A stretch of 64,000 bases of DNA from Hypanus sabinus (lineage: Eukaryota). Position 1 is the first letter of the stretch; the number at the start of each line of letters is the position of its first letter. The position numbers were made by a program, and so were the translations under genes. Below the pieces are notes generated by a model, which was not told where the DNA came from, made no database searches, and saw nothing but the letters and a program-made list of their open reading frames with translations. Shown here piece by piece: positions 41,001 through 52,928 of this stretch. The stretch is from contig NC_082711.1 in the NCBI RefSeq assembly GCF_030144855.1, positions 148,056,001 to 148,120,000 of the forward strand. Reading direction: 5' to 3'.

Positions 41001-44000
41001 TCATACCAGCTGTCTCTTGTCAATCTGTCTGGTCCAGATGAAGCACCTTGACCCAAAATGTCTGATTGCTGAGTTCCTCCAGTGCTTTTGTGTGCTGCTC
41101 TTGATTGCCAGCACCTACACTCTTGTATCTCAAGTTTTAATTAACATGCTTTGCCATAATGCTAAAAAAAAGTCCTAACACATACAAATAAAATATTTAT
41201 ATAACTCGTACCAGCTTGATCCTGCTCTCCGTACCATGTATTCCATGTCCCTACGAGCTCACAAGGGTATTTGTCATCTTTGTGAATCTTCGGTAATACA
41301 TCTATGCTGCAAAAAAAAACAAGGAATGTTAATTGTAGACATTTTGTAACCTTTGCAATTTCTTAATATTCTAGTCCAATGGGCTAAAACCTTTGTCACC
41401 CAAAACTATATAGATCAGCGGCCTGCTTTTAGGAGAATATTTGGGAATATAAACTGCATCGGGATATCCACTTTGATTACACCAGCATGCTGCAGTACTA
41501 GTTTGTGTATTCAGTCTCCCTGCTTACTCTTTCTTCAAGCAATTCGCTCTAACAACTTGTGAGATTATTAAACTTTGACATGTTGATACTGCACTCCTAT
41601 GCCTGGATTCTTGAGTTTGGGATTAATGTGTTGACACAAGAAACAGAATTTTATTTAACTGGTGCATTTTCTGCAATATCAGAATTTTTTGAAGGATTCT
41701 TGTTTTAAGCAGACAACTTATTACTTTTGTTTTCAATATTTAATCTGCTTAAGTATACATAACAAATAATAACATACAAAGTCGAATTTTGGTATTGTAG
41801 ATTTTAGCTCATCTGTTTAATTACTGTACACACAATTACCCACAATCTTTAATATAGCTCATGAAGCAACTGTCTTAACTTAATTCTCAAACCCAGTATC
41901 AACTCTATTTTCTATATCTCTATTTAAACTGCCAATGTTTAACTGTCAATGAATCAGATTGCAAACAAGTTTATTCTTCTTAGCAAAGTAACTTTTAATG
42001 TGAACCATGACTAAAGTTGGGGGATATATTTTAGTCATTAATCATAGTAACTTTCAATTTTGTATTTCATTTGTAATTGGACAAGGGGATTAAATGTGGA
42101 ATTTGATACTTCGGTATTCTATTAGAAATATTTAATTAGGGATCCAGTATTTACTGAATACTTCTGGACTCTTGATGACTTTTGTGGGTTGGTGTTTTAT
42201 ATTTTGTGTTTTTTGCTCTTTTTCTTGCATGTTAGGGAGTGGGATTTGATGGTTTCTTTGAATGGGTCCCATGGTTTTCTGATTCGTGGCTCCCTGTGGG
42301 AAGACAAATCTCAGGGTTGTATACTGTGTATAAACTTTGAAAATAAATTTATTTTGAATCTTTCATGAAATGTTGATCAACTAGCTGACAGTGTTGGAAC
42401 CCATGTGGCATGGTAATACAAATTCTCTTCTACTTTCTGCAATTGCCTCCAGATATTGTCATTCTTAGGAGCAGGAAGTGGATGAAGGGCAAAATGGTAT
42501 TTTTTAAAAACTGGGTTTAGCAGGCACTGATATGCCTCGACACCTCATGCATTTCCTTAAACATCTATTTGATGCCATTTTTATTTTTACATCTAAAGGG
42601 TGAAATTTTTTTTGGAAATCAGATTTAAAGTTGAAATTATAGTGCAATATGTTGACCTTTTTGAAGTTCACCAATTCAAGGGGATGGGCCGAAAATTTTT
42701 AAAACAACTTCAGAGAAGACATAGTACAATAAAATGAGAACTGTATTAAGAAGTCTACACAATAAAACTATATATAAACACATTTAACATTTTCACACTC
42801 ATGATTCAACAAATGACTGGCTACTAATTTTATGCGGCAAAATAGCATTAAATCACCAAAATGTATTTTGGGAATTTACCAATCCAATGATGCTAACAAT
42901 ACTACAAAGGACATTTCCAAATGGTAAATAATGACCTAATACAAAGTTACCTCAGTTACCCTTATTAGAGGCTACAACCTATTCAAAATACAGTAAAAGC
43001 TGTATACAAGTTGTAAAAGCAAAATACACCAACCACAAATAAATTAGCTGCTCAGCAAGAGAACAGCAGTGTCAGATTCTGAGATAATATTGTTCCTGCA
43101 ATGTCAACAGATCTCATAATTGAGGGCGGCACAGTGGTGTGTCCATTAGAGCTGCTGCCTCACAGCATTAGAGACCCAGATTTAATCCTGACTGCACATG
43201 CTGTCTGCTTGGAGTTCGTGCGTCCTCCCTGTAATTGCCTGCATTTCTGCCAGGTACTCCAGTTTACTCCCATACTACAAAGTAGGTCAATTGACCATTG
43301 TGAATTATTCCTATCGTGAAGATCAGTGATAGATTCAGGAGAGAACTGAGGGGAATTTAGCGAGAATAAAATGGGATTCATGTAGGATTATTGTAAATGG
43401 GTGTTTGATGGCTGTTATAGACTGAGTGGCCAAAGGCCACACTGTCTATGAGACCCACTTTCTCATTAGAGGCAATCTAAGTATTGATTTGATTTGCTAA
43501 GCATTATTTTATAATGCTTCATTTTTGAAACTACTGGGGAGATTGCAATAAAACAAGGGTTAAAGACAATGGCCAGGCAAGCATAGCTGGGGGCAGTTGT
43601 GGTCAAGAGAGACCACTGAAAGCACCTCTGCCTACTACAGACAAGATAGCTGGGGATGACTGTGGCAATATATACTCAAGTCAGACGAGTGAGGTCTCTG
43701 TGAAACTTTTCTAGAAAGGCCTTTAAAAACAGAGCGCATCTTTACACAATATGGCATATACACCCAACATTAAGGGACAATTGCTTTAGTAACTACAAAA
43801 TATTATTGGCTGTCAGCTTGTAATTTTGATTAATTTTTCACACCTCTACTGTAAAAGGCTATTGACAAGCAAGGAGTTCAAACATACAATATACAAATGG
43901 CTTATATTCATAAATGATAAGCCTATTCTGTATAAAAATACAGAAAATGCTGGAGGAACTCAGAAGGCCAGGCAAAATCCATGAAAATGAACAAGCAGTA

Positions 44001-47000
44001 TCGTTTCGGCCCAAAAGCATGGATGCGACCTGACCATCTGAGTTCCTCCAGCATTTTGAGTATGCTGCTTTGGATTTCCAGCATGGGCAGAATCTCTTGT
44101 GTGCTGTATAAAAATAGCAGTTTTTTGTTCACACTTCAGAACAGTGTGGATGACAGGGGCCATGCTGTTCTCCTTATGCACAACTAAAATAAAAAAGATT
44201 GTGTGAGTCGTAAGAATGCATGTGTTTGGGCCCTGATACTTTATTATCAGTGAAGACAATCCTGTATAAAAAAAAAGTTCAGTAGGTGAGCAAAAGTTAA
44301 AAAAGGAAAGGACACAGGAAGAACAGGCAAAGTATAAAACTACCTCAGTTTTTGAAAAGAAACAACTAGCATCAGTCTGAGGATGAACTAGAAGCTGTAC
44401 CCCTGCTTTCCCACGCACAGTTTCAACAAGGCCCATGACAAGTGGCGCCTCCAACACTCGGTGAGGCTGGCATCAGTTGGCACCCAGCCACAGGCAGCAA
44501 TTACCAATAGCACTATGGGAGATGGAAGGTAGAGGCAATGAGCAAAATACTGATTTAAATGTATCTTGAACTGATCTAGTAGGAACTCTAACAAAATGTG
44601 TCTCTCACACTGTAGATTGGCATTAAAAAAAAGTATCGGACAGAAGACAATAATGTTAATGAATATGTAGAACTTGTGCGTAAGTGTTTTATAGTGTTCC
44701 AGGTTCATTTTAGAAGCAGTGATGTCCATCCTAATAAACTATTGTAAATAAATTGCAACATGCAAGTGTTTTACAATATTGCCAAAAACAATTGCAACAT
44801 CAAGGGATTAAAGCTGTTAAGGGGAATGGGGACAATACTTGTGACTGCCCCATTATAGCCTCTGGACAATATTGTATGTTGCTATTAAAGTATTGCGATA
44901 GCTGTCCTATATAATTTAACTGCTATTTTAACTTACAGTTCTGTTTTATATATAACTAAATTGACAGTAACCAAATTCAGGTTAAACATTACCTGTTTTA
45001 TACACATACAGCTCATGTGTTCCACTTATGACTGGTAATTTTTATTTTGAACAGTGTAGTTGTTTAGATAATATTATTCTAAATGTGAAGTAAATTCTAA
45101 ATGGGCTTTACAGTTCTTTGATCCAACAAATATAGAAATAGGACAGTGGACACAATAGGGGTAAAACATGTAAGTGTCTTCTAAGGGTATGCTTAGTTTG
45201 CAGACTGTCTGACCACTGGGGTTGAAGATGCCCTCAAGCCAAGGCAACTTTGATATCAGTTTCCACCCCCACTACCACCATTACCCATAGACTATGCAGT
45301 TAAAATAAGCTGTACACAGACTGTACTCAAGAAGTTGTGCGAGTCTAATTCTGACCACTGTAAAATGCCACCTGATGTACGCTCATATGCAACTTTTCTT
45401 TGATGGCTTTTCCTTCTGAGCTACTACTGGGGAAAAAAATCAGTAGAAAATTTTACTGGATATGTGGTGTGTGTACATCATATAACAGCTGAGGTGCCAC
45501 AGCCACCTTCAAGAATGGGAGATTCTCGCCCATAAGCAGCAACTGTATGATTTGTCAGAGACATAACCCCAAAAGTCACTGCCACCTATCCGCCACTGCT
45601 GGGCCCTGCTTGAGGAGGTTATTTTTACATTTCCCTATGGACTTTATGCAGTTGCCTAAATGTTTGGGTTGTAATTATGCACTTGTTATTTTGTTTGTTA
45701 TCTTCATAGGCAAAAGCTTATCCAACTCAGAGAAATGATATAGTAACTTTTGATTATTTTATTATGAGAATTTATTTCTTAGTTTGCAATCCCTGAGAAA
45801 AGTCTTGTGATAACTGCCCTCACTTTAGGAATAAAGTTATATTGGAATTAATATAAGCCTTATAGCATAAGCATAATTTCTCCTGCCCTTACTACCATTA
45901 ATCTTACAGGGCAGCTGAAAGACAGAACAGGGTGCTGAAAAACAGGTTAGCTAAATTGTGAAATGAGCTCAAGCTAAAATAGCCAGAAGCATGTCCACTG
46001 GCCCCTATGACAATGAGCTGCACTCCAAACTGCGTAACGCTCCTATCTCTGCATGAGATAGTTTTGGGACATCCCTTGTGCTTGACACTCATCTCTTTTT
46101 TAATGAAAAACAGACATCCATACTATGTGAAAGCATATTGCAGTATTGTACAGCACTAACACAAGCTCTTAGAGGTTCCTATCAACAGGTACTTGACACC
46201 CAGAAGAAATTGCTGGCTGCAGTATCAGCCCTACCATCCCAGAGACTGGGTACTGGAGAGAGCCTACAGATGAAAGAACTGTCTGGAACCCCACTATGAA
46301 GGTCCATCTCAAGTGTTGCTGACCACATTTACTGCTTTTAAGATCCAAGGAAAGCTGACTTGGATGCACATTAAGCCAGGAGTGCCACTGGACCGGGACT
46401 GATGGACTGAACTCTTCTTGATCTTTGCTATTTGCCACCTTAAATAGTATTATTTGTTTTGAGTGACCTGGACATCTAACTTCCACCTAAAGGCATAAGT
46501 AGCTCATCACAGTAACACTCCTAACATTTTCCCTCGCCTTAGCTTTGAATATGCATAGTATACACACTGGTCAGGTTGTTGGGTGCTCTCCAGAACGGGC
46601 CTATACATTCAGAAGGTGGTTTGTCAATGCCTGTATACCCCTGGATAGTAATGAGTTTGGTTCTGTGTTTTACTTTGATAACAGAATGAGAATTGTATGG
46701 GACAACATTGCCCATAGAAATGAATCTTACCAATACAACTGTTTTGAAGGAGAGAACAAACCTATTTATAATGGTTGCATAAACCCCCTGCTCTGGTGCT
46801 GCTTCTTGGGTGAAGTATATTGGTACGACCATCAAGGGATGGGACTAGACTTGGGTAACAGTACATGCAATATCTATATTACTAATGACTCTCCAAATGC
46901 CATTAATGGTGTTTACTAGTTAAGTCGTCGACAGGCCTATCACTGGCTGCCAGGGGTACCTCTTCAAAATGTGATCTTTGGCCTGAACCAAACCCATGGA

Positions 47001-50000
47001 GAGGTCATTGTTATCTGGCCTATGTAGTACCATAGATGTTCCATCTGCCCACTCTCTCTCTCTACATCCTATTGTGTGGAGCTGCCATCGAAGGACTATG
47101 GAAACTGAGTGTGTCTGGATTGTAATGTGCCTGTTCTGGAAACCTGCCAGAGTAGCTTGTGAAAGCATTAACTTGGTCATAGCATTGCTGGAGAAATTGG
47201 CCACCACCATAGTCTTAACACTACACAACAAGAACCAGGCCATCAATGACATTACTGCCGAAATGCTGGCAAACCACATTGTGGCCCCAAAATCAAACTT
47301 TGATAATAAATTTCGTTGAACTTGAAAGTACATATATGTCACCATATACAACCCTGAGATTCATTTTCTTGCAGGCATACACAATAAATCCATAATTGAA
47401 TAACTAAAATAGAATCAAAGAAAGACCGCATCAACTTGGGCATTCAACCAGTGTGCAAAAGAAAACAAACTGTACAAAAACAAAAAGAAAGAAATAATAA
47501 TAAATAAATAAGCAATGAATATTGAGAACATGAAATGAAGAGCCCTTGAAAGAGAGTCCATAGGTTGTGGGAACACAGGATGGGGCAAGTGAAGTTGAGT
47601 GAAGTCATCTCCTTTGGTTCAAGAGCCTGATGAATGAGAGATAATAATTGATCATGAACCTGGTGGTATGAGTCCTGACGATCCTGTACCTTCTTCCTGA
47701 TGGTAGCAGCGAGAAGAGAGCATGTCCTGAGTGGTGGATGCTGCTTTCCTGCGACAATGCTTCATGTAGATGTGCTCAATGGTGGGGAATGCTTTACCTG
47801 TGATGGACTGTGCCGTATCCACTACTTTTTGTAGGATTTTCCATTCAAAAGCATTAGTGTCCATACCATCCTGTGGTGCAGCCAGACAATACTCTTCACT
47901 ACACACCTATAGAAGTTAGTCAAGCTTTAGATGTCATACCAAACTCTTCACAACTTCCCAAAGAAGCAGAGGTGCTGTTGTGCTTTCTTCATAATTGCAC
48001 TCATGAACTAGACCCAAGACAAGTCCTCCGAAATAATAATACTGAGGAATTTAGAGTTACTGACCCTCTCCACCTCTAACTCTCCAATGAGGATTGGCTC
48101 ATGGACCTCTAGTTTCCTCCTCCTAAAGTCAATAATCAGCTCCTTGGTATTGCTGACATTGAGAAAGAGGATGTTGTTATTTGCATCGCTCAGCTAGACT
48201 TTCAATCTTCCTCCTTCTAGCACTAGACTTGCTATTATTAAAGAGAGGTGGTGCTTGTGCCATTATTAGCTAGGCATGTTGCTTGTGTGTTTCTGATATC
48301 AACAGCCAAGTATCCCTGATGAAACTATCACAGGGTTTCAGAGATTCTGCATTCTTGAAATTTACTAAGATCTACATTGTCCTCCACTGGACAAAGAGGA
48401 GGAAGTGTAGAAGTTGTCGTAAGGCAACGGTTAAAGATAACATCTAGGCAATAGTACTAATGGGGCAGTAGTGGTCAAGTGAGACCACCGTAAACACCTC
48501 TGCTTATGACAGACAGGCAGGGGTGACTGCAGCAGTGTGTACTCAAGCCAGACAAGTGGTGCCTCTGTAGTCAGACATTTCTAGAAAGGTCTTACTGAAA
48601 CAGTCTCCCTTTACACAAGAAGGGATGCCAGAGACAGACGAGACAAGAATAACAGAAGTACGTGAAATACACCCAACCAATAAGGAACAATTTCTTTACT
48701 AATTTCAAAATGTCATTGGTTTTCAGCTCAAAGTCAGATTAATGAATATTGTGATCAATATCCACAACTGATAAGCTAATTCTGTATTAAAGACAGCAGT
48801 TTTCTGTTTAGTCTTCAGAACAGTGTGGGTGACAGGAGTTATACTGTTCTCCTTGTGCAGAGCTAAAATAAAAAGAATGTTTAAGTTATAAGTGTGTGCA
48901 TTCTGGGTACAGTTACTTTAGTTATTTTGTTTTATTATTGGTGACGAACAAGCAAGTGCTCTTGTACCTGATAAATGATGTAGCCATCAGAAAATAAATC
49001 TTCAGTTTACAATATAACAAAGAATTCAATGCCATTTTAAATTATAAATCATGGACAAATGTACAGTGGTTCATATCTACCTCAGTTTTGTTGGCACACC
49101 TAATTAGCATACCAACACTCAGCTATATGAATAGATACAAATCCCAATCTTTGTGCATGCAATTTTAAACACAGAAATCTTGAACTCAGAGAATGAAAGA
49201 TAAGCCAAATCAATGCTTCACGTTGATCACCACTGAGGATATTGGACATTAGTTAGGAAGCAGATAGGAAAGGGTTTTTCTAATGTTCTTAAGCAAGGGT
49301 CTCAGTCCAAAACGTCGACTGTACTTCTTCCTATAGATGCTGCCTGGCCTACTGTTCTCCACCAGCATTGTGTGCGTGGTGCTTGAATTTCCAGCATCTG
49401 CAGATTTCCTTGTTTCATATTTGTTGCATATTCTTGTTTCATTTTTCTAATTTTTAAAAAAATAGGAATTTTAATTTTTCAATTATTTATTTCAGTTTTG
49501 TTTCTCAACATCCTTGTAATTCAGCATTCAGAGTTGCCCTGCTTCACCAGCTATGTAAATCTATCATATTATTTTAGGGGTAAGTCTCTGATCTATACCA
49601 TCTGTGGTCTCCCTGCCACCTGGATCTCACCACTCTAAGAGAGCAGAATGCCAACAATACATGCCTTTAATATCAAGCTTAGAAGAGTACAGGCTTTTTG
49701 AAACCAAAGGCTACAAGTTCAGGCAGCAGACAGCAAACAACATGATCAAGCCAGAAGTATCTCAGGTTAGTATGATCACATTATTTTTATCAAAATAAAC
49801 TTGAAATTACCTGAATGCTAGCTACAGATTGTTAAGCAGATTATGCACATCAGGTCAAGCCTTTCTTCATTCAAAAATAAGAATATTTATTCCTGGACAC
49901 TTTTTCTAATACAACTACTGGTACTTCATAAATAGTTCCAATCCCTTTAGCTAAAGTAATAAATAACTAACATAAGAGATTTTTTTTTAAAGTGCTACTG

Positions 50001-52865
50001 GCTGTTAATCATTTAGAAGATTAAAAATACGGTATTTTGGAGTAGTATTATGCACATTCTGCCACAGCTTAAATGAAGACAAATTTCTAAGATGAAAGAT
50101 CAGTAAACTGAGAAATAGGTGAACTTCAGGTAATCATACATTTCTTTAGCCAAAATAACTTAAGAGATTGAACTTTATCTTACCAAAGCTTGTTGTAAGC
50201 CTCTAGGGATTCTGGTTTTACACTGTGAACTGGAAAGAAAATGTTTACAGTTAAACTGGGAAATTCTTTGAAAATAAGGCATCCCTTAACAGACCAGAAG
50301 ACACTGTGAATACTTACATTGAATTTTGTATAGGCTGCTTGTTTCTTTTTTAGCTAGCAAATTTGAATGAGCATCTTTGCGTGGATCCACCTTTCTGACA
50401 AACAGCGATTTAAACCAGCTATCCTCCCTGTTGTTGAATGAAGTTGCAGACAATGCCCTGTATAGAAATGTGAACAATTACCTCAGAAAGAAATTGGGAG
50501 CATGGCTACTTATTTTTTGGACATTGTTTATTAGGTTAATCTTTATTTCCAAGCCCAAATTTACCCGGATAGTACGTATCAGCAGCTAATTATGATAATT
50601 CCTAGAGAGGGTGCAAATAATATTCTCGAGAATATTTCCAGGGATGAGGAAGTGAGTGAAGAATAAATTGGAAACTAAAGATCTACATCACTGCAAAACA
50701 ATTATCCCTCCTTTTCCCCATTCATGATGTCTTCAAGCTTAGATAGGTTGACCACGTCATCCTTCTCCAAAGCCTCTACACCTTCAACCATCCAGATAGG
50801 AGCACATCAACTGGCTCCATTCTTATTTAGCCAGAGGCAGAGAATTACAAGCAAAGTCTTTCTTCTTCCGTAACTACATCATTACCTTTAGTATCATAGA
50901 ACAGAACCAAACACAGATCTTCGCATTTTTCATCCACATCCCATAACATAGCAACATAGCTGAAAAACATATGCATGCTGACACTCAGTTTTATCTAAAC
51001 ACCGCCTCTTTTAACTATTATCTCCAATGATGATTTAAACCTTTTTTTACGTTTCCTGCAATGCTGTGAAGACCAAAACCGTAGCCTATTATTTGTCACA
51101 AACTCAAAACCCTAATCACTGACTCCTTTCCTGTTATTTTTTTTAAATTGAGTGACAATGCCCAAAATCATGGTGTAACATCTGATTGGGCTGTGCTTCA
51201 GTCAATGTATCTAGGCCTCCATTAGTCTCGATAGACCATGGATTTGCATCGCAGAGCAATGTGTGGTTAAGTGCCTTGCTCAAGGAAACGCACGCAGCCT
51301 CAGCCAAGGTTCGAACTAGCAACCTTCAGATCACTAAACAAACACCTTAACCAACTGGCCATGCGCCAACACAGTCCATGTACACATGTAATCAAACTAT
51401 TTCTTCTTCTGGAACACTTCTCATGCACTTCTCAATACTATTGCAACCTCAACTCATCTTGTAATGCATTTGTTATTATTACCTATTGACTTAACTATTC
51501 CAATGTATTCCACATCAATTACTTCCATTCTACTCTTGTTAAGTCTCTGCTCTAGTGGAGCCAACGTACTCTTTTCTATTGACCATCACCCTCATACTTG
51601 GTGACTTACATTAATTCTCAATGAATCAGTTTTAAAATTCTTATCCTCAATTTCAAATTTCTCCATTGGCTTCCTCCCTATATTCTTCCTGTCCCAAAAT
51701 TTTTAGGTATCTGTAATTCTTTCATATGTATAAGACTATAAGGTACTGGAGCAGAAGCAGGCCATTCAGCCCATTGGGTCTGCTCTGCCATTCAGTCATG
51801 GGCTGATCTAACTCTTCCAGTCATCCCCACACCATTTAATGCCCTGGCTAATCAAGAACCCATCTATCTCTGCCTTAAATGCACCCAATGACTTGAGCTC
51901 CATAGTCACCCATGGCAACAAATTCCACAGATTTACCACCCTCTGACTAAAGTAATTTCACCACATCTCTGTTCTAAATGGATGTCCTTCAATCCTGAAG
52001 TCATGCCCTCCTGTCCTAGACTCCCCTACCATAGGAAAAAGCTTTGCCATATCTAATCTGCTCAGGCCTTTTAACATTCAGAATGTTTCTCTGAGATCCC
52101 CACTCATTCTCCTGAATTCCAGGGAATACAGCCCAAGAATGCCAGACATTCCCGGTAACCCTTTCATTCCTAGAATCATTCTCGTGAATCTGCTCTGAAC
52201 CCTCTCCAATGTCAGTACATCCTTTCTAAAATAAGGAACCCAAAATTGCACACAATACTCCAAGTGTAATCTCACGAGTGCCTTATAGAGCCTCAACATC
52301 ACATCCCTGATCTTATAATCTATACCTCTAAAAATGAATGCCAACATTGTATTTGCTTTCTTCACCATCAATCTCAATCTGGAGGTTAACCTTTAGTGTA
52401 TCCTGCACATCCCAGCATGCGAAGACTGCTTCGGTGGATCAGGTGGAGGAGACCCGGGGGTTCAATGGCTGAGAAGGTATTGCAGCAGTGCACTGTGGTG
52501 TGGCAGAGCACTTAAGAAGAAGAGGCCATCCATTACAGCCAAGGAAGTTGCCAGGCGTAACGATTCTTCGTGTCACTGGATCCTGACTTCTGAGTTCAAG
52601 AGAGGAGGATCGTCTCTGTGCATGGCTTTTCCACTTTAGTAGCTTTCACCACCGGTTACATTGGGCAAAAAAAAAAGGTTGGCTGGTAGCACAGTGAAAT
52701 CAGTGCTGGGCTCGAGAACAGAGGTTCCTGAGTTCAATCCAGTGACAGGCCGCTCCTGAGTACGCTCTCTATCCGTGCTGCGTTGACGTCGAGCTCGCAA
52801 CTTGGCCTCGTAAAAAACACTGCCAACCTGCACAATGTATTCTTCCTCGTACCCCGAGAGACAAC

Positions 52866-52928
<63 letters not shown>

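Larger units (their letters stand above)
43535..48950 (+). mobile_element. Endogenous retrovirus, class I (gamma/epsilon-like), heavily deleted and decayed; antisense in NIPSNAP2 intron 3
   Basis: Paired LTRs, RNase H, integrase and env remnants in retroviral order, PPT abutting the 3' LTR. Confidence 0.88.

Noticed and set aside
43124-43200. tRNA genes at A/B-box-like sequences (also 51300-51372 and 52680-52745)
   Set aside because: They are SINE heads followed by SINE bodies and do not form cloverleaves.
43960-44457. 165-aa minus-strand ORF
   Set aside because: Runs across the ERV LTR and a Penelope insert; no recognisable motif.
44259-44460. Primer-binding site and TSD for the ERV (TAGCATCAGTCTGAGGAT at 44367 resembles tRNA-Ser; TGGCGCC at 44443 resembles tRNA-Lys)
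   Set aside because: Both candidates are gapped or partial and lie over 100 nt from the apparent LTR end; no TSD could be read, so neither is called.
46920-47351. 143-aa minus-strand ORF with a hydrophobic, signal-peptide-like start
   Set aside because: Antisense shadow of the env remnant; it begins inside the LINE tail and all recognisable motifs are on the plus strand.
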